From contig CALQSB010000002.1 in NCBI GenBank assembly GCA_943333125.1, positions 44,295-108,294 on the forward strand: a stretch of DNA of 64,000 nucleotides. The letters are read 5' to 3'. Every line of letters starts with the position of its first letter. The first letter of the stretch is position 1. Below, piece by piece: positions 1 to 9,300 of this stretch. Under the pieces are notes generated by a model. The model ran no database searches. It was not told the origin of the DNA and saw nothing but the letters and a program-made list of their open reading frames with translations. The stretch is from Chitinophaga pinensis. GTDB lineage: Bacteria; Bacteroidota; Bacteroidia; Chitinophagales; Chitinophagaceae. The translations under genes were made by a program, and so were the position numbers.

Positions 1-2
1 CG

Positions 3-3000
3 GTAAGGTCTTGTTCAGATTTTCCGACAATTTCTGCAGCAGTTAGTTATTTAAATACTAACGGTATCGCAAACACATCAGGAAACTGGATATTTAAAGT
101 GGATTCAAATTATATAGAAACCCTCACTTCAACATTAGCATTGGGTAATTCAACATTGAATAGTGGTATTAATGGAGTAAGCGCAACAAAGCATATTGTT
201 TTCCAGAAAAATGGAGTTGGGAATAATCCAAAAGTTATTGCTTACCCAGGAACACAAGCTTCATTCAACGTAGCCATTCCGGATGGGATATGGAGCTTAC
301 GTGGCGTGGATTATGTAACTATTGATGGAATTGATTTGCAGGATAATATTGCATCAGGTAATGCAATGATGGAATATGGATATGGTTTATTTAAAACAGG
401 AGTTGCTGATGGAGCACAAAATGATACCATCAGAAATTGCGTCATCAGTTTAAATAGAAACAATGTTGCAACAGGTGCTACTATGAATTTTGACGGATCT
501 GTAGGTATCGCAGTTTTAAATACATTGGCAACAACAGCCAATACAGCTGTAGTGCCTAATGCTGTAAGTGGAGCCAATTCAAATAACAAGTTCTTTAAAA
601 ACACAATTCAGAATTGTAATATAGGAATTGGAATAAATGGATTTGGTGCTGCTTCTATTGCAGCTTTTGCAGATGGAGGAAACAGTATTGGAGACAGTCT
701 TTCTGCAACTTCAGGAAATCAGATGATCAATTTTGGAGGTGGCACAAGTGCTGCGGTTACTTCATATGGTATTTATATTAAAAATCAGATTGATGCCGTT
801 GTTGCTTACAATACAGTAAACAATCATGTTGATATTAATGGAGCAGATCATCCTGCTGCTCAAACAGGTATTGAAGCTACAGGTTTCGCCGCTACAACCG
901 GAATAGGCATAAAAGGAAATAATATTACCATTAATGGAGGAGGAGATAAAAACTATATTGGTATTAATAATACAACCGGTGGAGGTGGTACGGTTAACAT
1001 TACAGAAAATTTTGTTTCTGTAAAAATTCCTAACACAATAACCACAACTGCTGCAGGATCTGTAACGGGGATTAAAAATGCTAATAATTCAGCAGTTGCA
1101 ACGTTAAGTATTTCTGGGAATTCCTTTAAAAGAAGTACGATAAGTGGAGTGGGAAACTGGACAGCTATTTATAATACTGGTACATCTACTTCAGTAGGAA
1201 CAATAAATATGAACAGCAATATTATTGATTCTAACGAAATCAAATCTACGGGAGCTCTCATTGCTTTACAAAATGATGGTTCTCCTTATCTTACTTTGAA
1301 TATGAACGGAAATTCAGTTACTAGAAATTCTAAGGCAGTTTCTTCGGCATCAGCTCCGGATTATAGCTGGATTAAAAATAGTGCAACTTCTGCTAACATT
1401 AACATCCAAAATAATCTTATTGAAAAAGATACTGCGATAGTGCTTAGTACAAATGGTTCGACGTCAACGATAACAGGTGTCCGTATTTCTGGTGCTAATT
1501 TGAGTAATACGATAACCGTTTCCAATAACACAATCCGAAGTTTATCTATTCTTGGGATAAATTCAACTTTTGCTGCCAACATCAGAGGTTATTATAACCA
1601 ATTGAATGGGGTTGCTATGAATGAAAATATTATTAGCAATAAAATAAGTAATTTATATATTTCGCCTGCAATAGGATCTTCGGGTACTCATACTATAAAT
1701 GGTATTCAATCTGTAGGTCCACTAGTTGGTGGCACTCCTTGCATAAAGTATATAAATTTAAATGCTGTGGATACATTTTATGTGCGTAATAATGGAGAAG
1801 CACTTCCACAATATAATTCAACTTTTGCTGGAATATGCAATAGCAACAATGCTTCCAATGGAAGCAATCTATACATCTATAGGAATAAGATATCGCATCT
1901 TATTCCATTTGGAACAGGCGTCACAACCATTTCAAGAGGTATTTGGTTAGGCTCTTTGCAAGCTGCAGGTAATGCATATATTTATAATAATATGATTAAT
2001 CTGGATCTGTCTGAAGCATTTGACGGAGCATCTACAGGATCTTCTCTAACAGCAACTGATGCTATCAGAGGAATTGATATTTCTCAAACATCTACAAGCA
2101 ATGCATTACTGTATTTCAACACAATTAGAATTGCTGGTGCAGGAAATGCAACTTCTGGATTTGGCAGTAGTGCATTAAGTTTATCAAGTGCTTCTGGTAC
2201 ACCAAATGTTACCTTGAGGAATAATATCCTTGTAAACAAAGCAACAGCGGGTGCCACGGGATATGCTGTTGCATTAAGAAAATCTCTTGCAGGAATTGTT
2301 TACAACAATACTTCAAGTAATAACTTGTTTTATGTGGATACTACCGGAAGACGTTATATGTATTATGAATTGTCAACAGGATTTAATAGTTTGACCGGAG
2401 CATGGAATGCATCATCCAGAGAATTGGCATCAGTTACTACCGCAGAACCTTCATTTATTAAGGCTACTGATGGAACGGATTCGCTCCATTTGAACATAGT
2501 TACCAATTGTGCGATGAGTGGTACAGGTATTACAATTGCTATACCAAGCATCACAAATGACATTGATAATGATACCAGAAACAACCCTCCAGCTATGGGT
2601 GCTGATGAATTTACTTCAACTGGTCAGGGCATTGGTAATTGGTCTGGAGTAAATTCCAACTGGAATGATCCTATCAATTGGTGTGGATTAGTACCTAATT
2701 CTCTAACAGATGTTGTGATTCCAATAAGCAGAACAAATTATCCAATCATTAACGCAACTACAACACCAATTCCTTTATGTAGAAATATAACTGTTAATAA
2801 TGGAGGAACGGTGAATGTTTTGACTGGAGGAAAGATTTCTATTTATGGCAATACATCAACTCTTGCCGGTGGAATATTTAATACAAAACTAGGTACTGTT
2901 GAGTTTGATGGTTCTGTTGCTCAAACAGTTGGCGCTTCTACATTCCAGAACAATAATGTGAGAAATATTATCATTAATAATTCAAGCGCTACTGGTGTTA

Positions 3001-4934
3001 CATTAGGTGGGCCATTGAATTTATTAGGTAAACTTTCTTTTGCAGGCAGCAATCGTATTTTTGCAACTGCAGGAAATTTAACAATGAAATCATCAGATAC
3101 ATTAACTGCTAATCTTGGGGATATTACTAAAGATGCACTTAATGGAACGGTAGTAAGCGGCAATCAGGTTACAGGAGATGTAATGGTAGAGAGATTTGTT
3201 TCAGGCTGGAGAGCTTGGAGACTTTTATCGATGCCAACAACTCATAATTTACAAACGATAAAAGAAGCGTGGCAGGAAAATCAGGCAGCTAATTCGACTA
3301 CTCCAGCTGGATATGGCATTCAGATTACCAAGGATAGTGCAAATTGGAACACTACAGGTTTTGATTTGCAAACCACTCCTGGTCCTTCAGTTAAATATTT
3401 CGTAACAGCACCAAGTGATGGAGGAAATTGGAAAGGCATAACGTCTACAATTGATGTGCCTGGAGTGTCCAACGGAAAATTTGAAGCTGGAAAAGCGTAT
3501 ATGACTTTCTATAGAGGAGACAGAACAGTTAATACATATATTGCTTCTCAGGTAACAACAACGAGTATACTAAGAGAAAAAGGTCAATTGTTTACAGGCA
3601 ACTATCCTACTGTTTCGGTTCCGGCTCATCAGTTTATAGCTATCGGAAATCCTTATGCTTCTGCTATTGATTTTACGAAGTTTGATAATGTAAATATTGA
3701 TGGATTCATTTGGTTATGGGATCCTAAAATAAATAACCTTGGGGCATACCAGACAATTAACCCAACCAATGGACAAATGACTCCAGGTGGAGGTAGCTAT
3801 AGCCCAACACCATTGGATCCAACTACACACCCGGTTATCGAATCTGGCCAGGGCTTCTTTGTTCACAATGGAACTAGTTCAGCAGGACAAATAACTTTGA
3901 AAGAATCAAGTAAGGCTGATGGAAGTAATTTGGTTACCAGGAATTCAAGTGTTAGTCAACAATTAAGAACTAATTTCTATAAGCTGGTAAGCAACAACTA
4001 CAAAATTTATGATGGGGTATTAAATGTTTTTGATGAAAATAATTCAAATGAAGTGGATCGTAATGATGCTATTAAATTCACTTACTTAGGAGAAAATTTA
4101 AGCTTAGGCAGATCTGATAAATTACTTGCAATTGAAAACAGATCATCATTGCAGGAATCGGATACCCTATTCTATAAATTGGGTCAGGTTAAAGTATCAA
4201 CCTATCAAATTGAGTTTATTCCTGAAAACCTTGATCAAACAGGTCTCAGGGCTTATTTAGAGGATAGATATTTGAATACAAGCACTCCTGTAAGTTTAAC
4301 AGATACAACCAGAGTGGATTTTTCAATTTCAAGTGTATCGGGGTCTTATGATTCAGATCGATTTAGGATGGTGTTTAAAAAATTGGCGCCGGTACCAGTA
4401 ACTTTTGTTGATATTAAAGCAGAAAAGCAAAAAGATGCAGTGAAGGTTAGCTGGAAAGTGGAAAATGAAATCAATGTCAGAAATTACACTGTGGAAAGGT
4501 CTGCAAATGGAAGGAATTTTACAGAACTGGGTACTGTTCCTGCTACTGGATCTTCTTTGTATTCTTTGCTGGATAATAATCCATTAAATGGGGACAATTT
4601 CTATCGTGTTAAAAGTATAGGTGCTTCCGGAGAAATCAAGTACAGCAAAATCGTAAAAATTTCTTTCCAATTGGTTTCGTCAATAACAATATATCCTAAT
4701 CCAATTTTGAGCGATAAGGTGGCGCATGTTTCCTTCAGGAATTTACCACAAGGGGAATATTTTGTTAATGTAATGAATGAATTAGGGCAGATTGTATGGA
4801 GAAAAACAATCAGTCATACAGGTGGAATTGCTGAATATGCAATAATATTGGACAAAAATTTGGCACATGGAAATTATCAAATGGAAATATCAAATCAGGA
4901 AAGCCTAAAAACAATCCTTAAATTTCTATATTAA
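3..4934 (+). CDS. Large T9SS-secreted (type A CTD) Asn/Thr/Gly-rich parallel beta-helix surface protein, 5'-truncated by the window edge
   Basis: The frame is open from base 3 (VRSCSDFPTISAAVSYLNTNG...), so the GTG at 99 is probably not the true start. Beta-helix-like repeats (I-x-N-N-x-I), DIDNDTR...MGADEF motif, WSG..NWNDPINW segment, PVPVTFVDIKA...VSWKVENE...YTVERS domain and C-terminal IYPNP...G.Y...I CTD. Confidence 0.88.
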   Translation, partial: VRSCSDFPTISAAVSYLNTNGIANTSGNWIFKVDSNYIETLTSTLALGNSTLNSGINGVSATKHIVFQKNGVGNNPKVIAYPGTQASFNVAIPDGIWSLRGVDYVTIDGIDLQDNIASGNAMMEYGYGLFKTGVADGAQNDTIRNCVISLNRNNVATGATMNFDGSVGIAVLNTLATTANTAVVPNAVSGANSNNKFFKNTIQNCNIGIGINGFGAASIAAFADGGNSIGDSLSATSGNQMINFGGGTSAAVTSYGIYIKNQIDAVVAYNTVNNHVDINGADHPAAQTGIEATGFAATTGIGIKGNNITINGGGDKNYIGINNTTGGGGTVNITENFVSVKIPNTITTTAAGSVTGIKNANNSAVATLSISGNSFKRSTISGVGNWTAIYNTGTSTSVGTINMNSNIIDSNEIKSTGALIALQNDGSPYLTLNMNGNSVTRNSKAVSSASAPDYSWIKNSATSANINIQNNLIEKDTAIVLSTNGSTSTITGVRISGANLSNTITVSNNTIRSLSILGINSTFAANIRGYYNQLNGVAMNENIISNKISNLYISPAIGSSGTHTINGIQSVGPLVGGTPCIKYINLNAVDTFYVRNNGEALPQYNSTFAGICNSNNASNGSNLYIYRNKISHLIPFGTGVTTISRGIWLGSLQAAGNAYIYNNMINLDLSEAFDGASTGSSLTATDAIRGIDISQTSTSNALLYFNTIRIAGAGNATSGFGSSALSLSSASGTPNVTLRNNILVNKATAGATGYAVALRKSLAGIVYNNTSSNNLFYVDTTGRRYMYYELSTGFNSLTGAWNASSRELASVTTAEPSFIKATDGTDSLHLNIVTNCAMSGTGITIAIPSITNDIDNDTRNNPPAMGADEFTSTGQGIGNWSGVNSNWNDPINWCGLVPNSLTDVVIPISRTNYPIINATTTPIPLCRNITVNNGGTVNVLTGGKISIYGNTSTLAGGIFNTKLGTVEFDGSVAQTVGASTFQNNNVRNIIINNSSATGVTLGGPLNLLGKLSFAGSNRIFATAGNLTMKSSDTLTANLGDITKDALNGTVVSGNQVTGDVMVERFVSGWRAWRLLSMPTTHNLQTIKEAWQENQAANSTTPAGYGIQITKDSANWNTTGFDLQTTPGPSVKYFVTAPSDGGNWKGITSTIDVPGVSNGKFEAGKAYMTFYRGDRTVNTYIASQVTTTSILREKGQLFTGNYPTVSVPAHQFIAIGNPYASAIDFTKFDNVNIDGFIWLWDPKINNLGAYQTINPTNGQMTPGGGSYSPTPLDPTTHPVIESGQGFFVHNGTSSAGQITLKESSKADGSNLVTRNSSVSQQLRTNFYKLVSNNYKIYDGVLNVFDENNSNEVDRNDAIKFTYLGENLSLGRSDKLLAIENRSSLQESDTLFYKLGQVKVSTYQIEFIPENLDQTGLRAYLEDRYLNTSTPVSLTDTTRVDFSISSVSGSYDSDRFRMVFKKLAPVPVTFVDIKAEKQKDAVKVSWKVENEINVRNYTVERSANGRNFTELGTVPATGSSLYSLLDNNPLNGDNFYRVKSIGASGEIKYSKIVKISFQLVSSITIYPNPILSDKVAHVSFRNLPQGEYFVNVMNELGQIVWRKTISHTGGIAEYAIILDKNLAHGNYQMEISNQESLKTILKFLY

Positions 4935-4980
4935 TTGAAAAGAAGGTATTAATTTTACATCTACAGAAAAGATTGAAAAA

Positions 4981-5193
4981 ATGAGCAGACTAAGAAAAAC
5001 AATAATGTTGCTATCAATTACGGCGTTTATTGTATTTTTTTCACCAACTAAAACATTCTCTCAGGGACCTCCTGATCCTAACTGTGATCCATTGGATCCT
5101 CTTTGTCCTATAGATGGGGGGTTGACTCTTTTATTAGCAGTAGGAGTTGGGTTAGGTGCAAAAAAAGCCTTTAAAAAATCAGATAGCAACTGA
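4981..5193 (+). CDS. PID-CTERM protein-sorting domain protein (70 aa; putative exosortase substrate)
   Basis: N-terminal signal peptide (likely TFS|Q28), short Pro/Asp/Cys core, PIDGG motif, hydrophobic helix LTLLLAVGVGLGA and basic tail KKAFKK: the tripartite CTERM architecture. Confidence 0.85.
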   Translation: MSRLRKTIMLLSITAFIVFFSPTKTFSQGPPDPNCDPLDPLCPIDGGLTLLLAVGVGLGAKKAFKKSDSN

Positions 5194-5211
5194 TCCCCAA
5201 AAAAAAATCAT

Positions 5212-5240
5212 AAAGATGCCTATTGGCATCTTTTTTATTT
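5212..5240 (+). terminator. Intrinsic terminator after the PID-CTERM gene
   Basis: AAAGATGCC-TATT-GGCATCTTT perfect stem-loop followed by TTTATTT. Confidence 0.85.
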
Positions 5241-5378
5241 TATCAAGTTTAAGCCCCTTTAAATTATTATTAAAATTGCTTAAGGCATTGATTTAAAGTT
5301 GGTCATCTAAGTTTTTTTAACGAATTTTGTTAGCCTGAATATATTGAAGAGTATAGTATTTGGGGCAATGATTTCGAT

Positions 5379-6194
5379 ATGCAAAAACTCAAAATTTCTT
5401 CTCAAATTGATTTATTAGCGCCTATAAAATGGGGGGTATTTTTAGTATTGTCTGTTTTGTTTTTTTCATGTTCCTATCCTAAGAGCTTTACCTATTTTAA
5501 GACTTTACCCAAGGATACCACTATTACCGCATTTGTTTCACCTGAATTTGAGTCAAAAATACAGAAGAAGGATGTTTTAGGAATTTCAGTGAGCAGTTTG
5601 AACTCGGAACTGGATGTCCAATTTAATAATTTACCCAAAATGAATGCTGATGCAATGAATAATAATCAGAATATTTTTGGCTTTAAGATTAACGATAACG
5701 GTCAAATTGATTTCCATTTTATTGGAAAAGTGAAAGTGGAAGGGATGACAAAGAAACAACTTAAAGAAAAGCTGGAAAGAGAGCTTATGCCTTTTATGAA
5801 AGAGCCTATTGTCTCAGTTCAGTATATGAATAAAAAAGTAACTGTAATTGGGGATGTAGCTACACCGAAAATTTTTTATTTGAGCGAAGAGCAGCTCCCC
5901 TTATTGGATGTTATTGTTAACTGCGGCGATCTTCAAGAGAGTGCTTTAGCAAGCGACATTTTAGTGATAAGAGATTCTTCCTCAATGAAGATTGTTAAGC
6001 ATATTAATCTGGAAGATCATTCTATTTTTTCTTCCCCATGGTATTACGTAAAAGCTGATGATATAATCTATGTGAAAAAAGATGTGATTAAATATGATAA
6101 AGATGAAAGAAGAAGCAGAACACAAATCACAGTTTCTTTAATTGCATCTGTAGTTTCACTATTAGTGGTATTGTTAAATACCCTTTTAAAATAA
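5379..6194 (+). CDS. wza: Polysaccharide export outer-membrane lipoprotein (Wza/OPX, Poly_export + SLBB)
   Basis: Lipobox-like FFSC; I.D.GQIDFHFIGKVKVEGMT and VTVIGDV motifs; directly upstream of wzc. Confidence 0.9.
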   Translation: MQKLKISSQIDLLAPIKWGVFLVLSVLFFSCSYPKSFTYFKTLPKDTTITAFVSPEFESKIQKKDVLGISVSSLNSELDVQFNNLPKMNADAMNNNQNIFGFKINDNGQIDFHFIGKVKVEGMTKKQLKEKLERELMPFMKEPIVSVQYMNKKVTVIGDVATPKIFYLSEEQLPLLDVIVNCGDLQESALASDILVIRDSSSMKIVKHINLEDHSIFSSPWYYVKADDIIYVKKDVIKYDKDERRSRTQITVSLIASVVSLLVVLLNTLLK

Positions 6195-6213
6195 AAAATT
6201 TGCAACTGGTAAT

Positions 6214-8646
6214 ATGAACGAAGAACAAGTAGAACAGGAAAAGCCTAGTGATAATATTATAGCTCAAATCATTCATAGGTATTTGCCTTTCTGGCCTATA
6301 CTATTGATATGCTCGGCAGCTTCATTGTTAATTGCCTTTCTGGACCTTCGTTCTCAAACTAAAATATATGTTGCTGCTGCCAAGGTTCTCCTTAAAGATC
6401 CAGAGAAAGGCAATGGAGATACAAAGGTTCTGGATGCCTTAAATATATTTAGTGAAAAGAAGACTGTTGAAAATGAAATCATAGTATTAAGATCTTCCTC
6501 GATAATGCAAGAAGTGGTTAAAGAATTAGATTTATACTCCACTGTTAATAATGAAGGGAAGGTTCGTAAAGAAGAGCTATACGCAGACAATTCACCTTTG
6601 AAATTTATTGCACTCGATAAAGATAGTATTGAGTCAGGCGGCACACTTTTTTTTGAAATCGACTGGAAAAATGAGTTAGTTAAAATTGCCGGTCAGTTGA
6701 TTCCTTTCAATGGCACCTTGAAGTTAAATAATACTATCTATCTCTTACAAATAAATAAAACGTATAACAGGAATATTGTTGGTAAAAATTATTTTGTAAC
6801 CTTTAATTCGGTAGAGACGGCTGCAAGTTCAATAATTGGTACAATAAAAGCATCACCTCTTTCTTACAACTCAACAGTTATTGATGTAAAATTGGAAACT
6901 CCGGTTCCTAATAAAGGGGTGGACATTTTGAATAAATTATTTCAGGTGTATAATAATGCAGGGATCGATGATAAGAATCAAAGAGCAATTAAAACACTTA
7001 GGTTTATAGAGGGTAGGCTAAATGCCGTAATTTATCAGTTAGACAGTGTTGAGCGTAATATTCAAATTTATAAAACTAAAAATGATGTTTTAAATCTGGG
7101 AGATCAGGCGAAGGCTTATTTTGATAACATTAAAGAACTTGACAAAGCAAATAGCTTACTTGATTTACAACTTCAATTGTTGGACGATGTATTAAGTTAC
7201 ATTAATGCCAAGGGTAAAAAAACAGGAACAGTGCCATCATTGGTTTTGTTGAATGATGAAACATTAACAGGTTTATTAAACCAATTGTATGCATCAGAAT
7301 TTGAACTAGATAAAGTAAAATCTAATTCTGGATCAAAAAGTGATGCTGTTTTACTGGCGGTTAGTAAAGTGGAACGGATAAAAAATGACATCAGGGAAAG
7401 CATAAATAATATCAGAAATAATTTTCAAACACAAAAGAGAAGTAATGAGGTAAACATTGGAATGAGCAAAAGTCTCTATGCTTCTGTTCCAGAAAAAGAG
7501 CGTGGATTAATAGACATTAGCAGGCAACAAGGTATAAAAAATAATATTTATTCTTATCTATTACAAAAAAGAGAAGAAACGGCATTGTCTTCAGCCTCCA
7601 CCAGTGCCGATTTGCGGGTATTGGAAAAGGGATATTCATACGGACCTATAAGTCCAATAGAAAACAATTTCTACTTAGCAGGATTAGTAATTGGGTTGTT
7701 CGTTTTTTTATTGTATGTACAATTCTCAGAACATATCAATAACAGAGTAATGTTTCGTGGTGAAATAGAAAAGAAGTCATCGGTTCCTGTTATTGGCGAA
7801 ATTGTACAGGCCAAATTAAACGAAACCATAGCTATCTCAGAAGGAAAAAGGACCGTTATCGCAGAGCAATTCAGAGCACTTAGGACGAATCTTAGTTTCA
7901 TGGGCTTTGATGAAAAAAACAAAGTACTTTTAGTTACATCCAGTATTTCAGGAGAAGGGAAGAGTTTCGTTGCTGTAAATTTGGCCATTAGTCTTACCTT
8001 AAATGGGAAAAAGGTAGCCTTATTAGAAATGGATTTAAGAAAGCCCAAACTGAGTAAATTACTGGGAGTTAAAAAAGATCCTGGTATTTCTAGTTTTTTG
8101 GTGAACAAATCTACTTTGGATGAAATTATTAAGCCGACACAGTTTAATGAATTATTTTTGGTAACAGCAGGTCCCATTCCTCCCAACCCAACTGAACTCA
8201 TTGGGAAAATTGAATTTGAGGAAATGATTATTGAATTGAAAAGTAGATTTGATTATATAATTATTGATACCGCTCCGATTGGGCCTGTTGCTGATGCCCA
8301 ATTACTGGCCAAATTTGTTGACATTACCATTTTCATGGTTAGACACAATCACACCCCAACAGTATTTTTGAGAATGATTGATACTTTTTATAAAGAAAAG
8401 AAATTTAAGAACATGTGTATTGTTTTTAATGGAATAAAGCCAAGGGGGGTATCTATTTTTAATTATGGTTTTGGGGGTTATGGAAATGGCTACGGTTATG
8501 GCTACGGCTATGGTTATGGCTATGGTTATGGATATGCTTATGGCAAAACATATAGCAGTTACTATGTACAGGACTCAACTCAGCCCGGGTTTAAAAATCT
8601 ATGGAGTATAAAGGATTTAGTGTTGAATTTGTTCAAGAAAAAATAA
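6214..8646 (+). CDS. wzc: Polysaccharide co-polymerase / BY-kinase (Wzc, GumC family)
   Basis: Two TM helices flanking a coiled-coil periplasmic region; EQFRALRTNL, Walker A SSISGEGKS, DLRKP, Walker B IIIDTAP; C-terminal Tyr cluster. Confidence 0.95.
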   Translation: MNEEQVEQEKPSDNIIAQIIHRYLPFWPILLICSAASLLIAFLDLRSQTKIYVAAAKVLLKDPEKGNGDTKVLDALNIFSEKKTVENEIIVLRSSSIMQEVVKELDLYSTVNNEGKVRKEELYADNSPLKFIALDKDSIESGGTLFFEIDWKNELVKIAGQLIPFNGTLKLNNTIYLLQINKTYNRNIVGKNYFVTFNSVETAASSIIGTIKASPLSYNSTVIDVKLETPVPNKGVDILNKLFQVYNNAGIDDKNQRAIKTLRFIEGRLNAVIYQLDSVERNIQIYKTKNDVLNLGDQAKAYFDNIKELDKANSLLDLQLQLLDDVLSYINAKGKKTGTVPSLVLLNDETLTGLLNQLYASEFELDKVKSNSGSKSDAVLLAVSKVERIKNDIRESINNIRNNFQTQKRSNEVNIGMSKSLYASVPEKERGLIDISRQQGIKNNIYSYLLQKREETALSSASTSADLRVLEKGYSYGPISPIENNFYLAGLVIGLFVFLLYVQFSEHINNRVMFRGEIEKKSSVPVIGEIVQAKLNETIAISEGKRTVIAEQFRALRTNLSFMGFDEKNKVLLVTSSISGEGKSFVAVNLAISLTLNGKKVALLEMDLRKPKLSKLLGVKKDPGISSFLVNKSTLDEIIKPTQFNELFLVTAGPIPPNPTELIGKIEFEEMIIELKSRFDYIIIDTAPIGPVADAQLLAKFVDITIFMVRHNHTPTVFLRMIDTFYKEKKFKNMCIVFNGIKPRGVSIFNYGFGGYGNGYGYGYGYGYGYGYGYAYGKTYSSYYVQDSTQPGFKNLWSIKDLVLNLFKKK
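8488..8541 (+). repeat. Coding hexamer repeat (GGN-TAY)x8 plus GCTTAT, encoding the (GY)8-AY phosphotyrosine cluster of Wzc
   Basis: ggctac ggttat ggctac ggctat ggttat ggctat ggttat ggatat gcttat read directly. Confidence 0.9.
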
Positions 8647-8677
8647 TGGCTTCAGATAGTTTGAATTGACAATTGAT

Positions 8678-8710
8678 CTTCAGTAATGTGACTGAGGAAC
8701 AGCGAAGCTT
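8678..8710 (+). promoter_or_regulatory. Candidate pause hairpin and ops-like loading site for UpxY
   Basis: CTTCAG-TAATGTGA-CTGAGG hairpin followed by AACAGCGAAGC, 12 nt upstream of the upxY start. Function is inferred from position only. Confidence 0.35.
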
Positions 8711-8722
8711 TGTGTAAGTCGA

Positions 8723-9223
8723 ATGATAAAAGAAAGTACTTTTTGGTATGTTATTTATACCCGACCAAGATGGGAAAAAAAAATAGCCAAACTTTTAGAG
8801 GATAAAGGGATTGTTCATTATTGTCCTTTAAATAGAGTAGAAAAACAGTGGAGTGATCGAAAAAAAGTCGTTTTTGAGCCCTTGTTTAAAGGGTATATTT
8901 TCATTAAAATTGAAGAGACTCAAAAATGGGATATAAAAATGATTAATGGGATTATCAATTATTTATATTGGCTCGGAAAACCTGCGAAAGTTAAAGACGA
9001 GGAAATTGATAAGATAAAAATGTTTCTTCAGGAGTTTGATGATGTAGAAGTGATTGATAATAAGCTCGATGTAAACTCTACAGTGATTATTAATCAAGGT
9101 GTACTTATGAGTTATAGAGGAATCGTTGTTGACGTTTTGGGAAATAAAGCCAGAGTCCAAATTGACAGTATGGGAATAAGACTCAGTGCAATTTTTAAAA
9201 AAGCCAACTTGACACCTCTTTGA
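8723..9223 (+). CDS. upxY: UpxY-family (NusG/RfaH paralogue) transcription antiterminator
   Basis: WYVIYTRPRWEKK, QWSDRKKVVFEPLFKGYIF NGN domain plus KOW-like C-terminus; heads a polysaccharide operon. Confidence 0.93.
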   Translation: MIKESTFWYVIYTRPRWEKKIAKLLEDKGIVHYCPLNRVEKQWSDRKKVVFEPLFKGYIFIKIEETQKWDIKMINGIINYLYWLGKPAKVKDEEIDKIKMFLQEFDDVEVIDNKLDVNSTVIINQGVLMSYRGIVVDVLGNKARVQIDSMGIRLSAIFKKANLTPL

Positions 9224-9300
9224 TTTTTTAATATTATTGGCCAAAATACTTTTTTTATCTAAATAAAATTACTAATTTACTCTTCCAAAAAAAATCAAAA

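Noticed and set aside
5257-5298. CTTTAAAT...ATTTAAAG inverted repeat upstream of wza as an invertible promoter
   Set aside because: Only 8 bp, AT-rich, 26 bp apart; no recombinase in the window.
8775-8783. A9 tract in upxY as a phase-variation switch (also A9 at 26066 and 26261)
   Set aside because: It encodes the conserved WEKK motif, and A9 runs are expected in such AT-rich, Lys-rich coding DNA.
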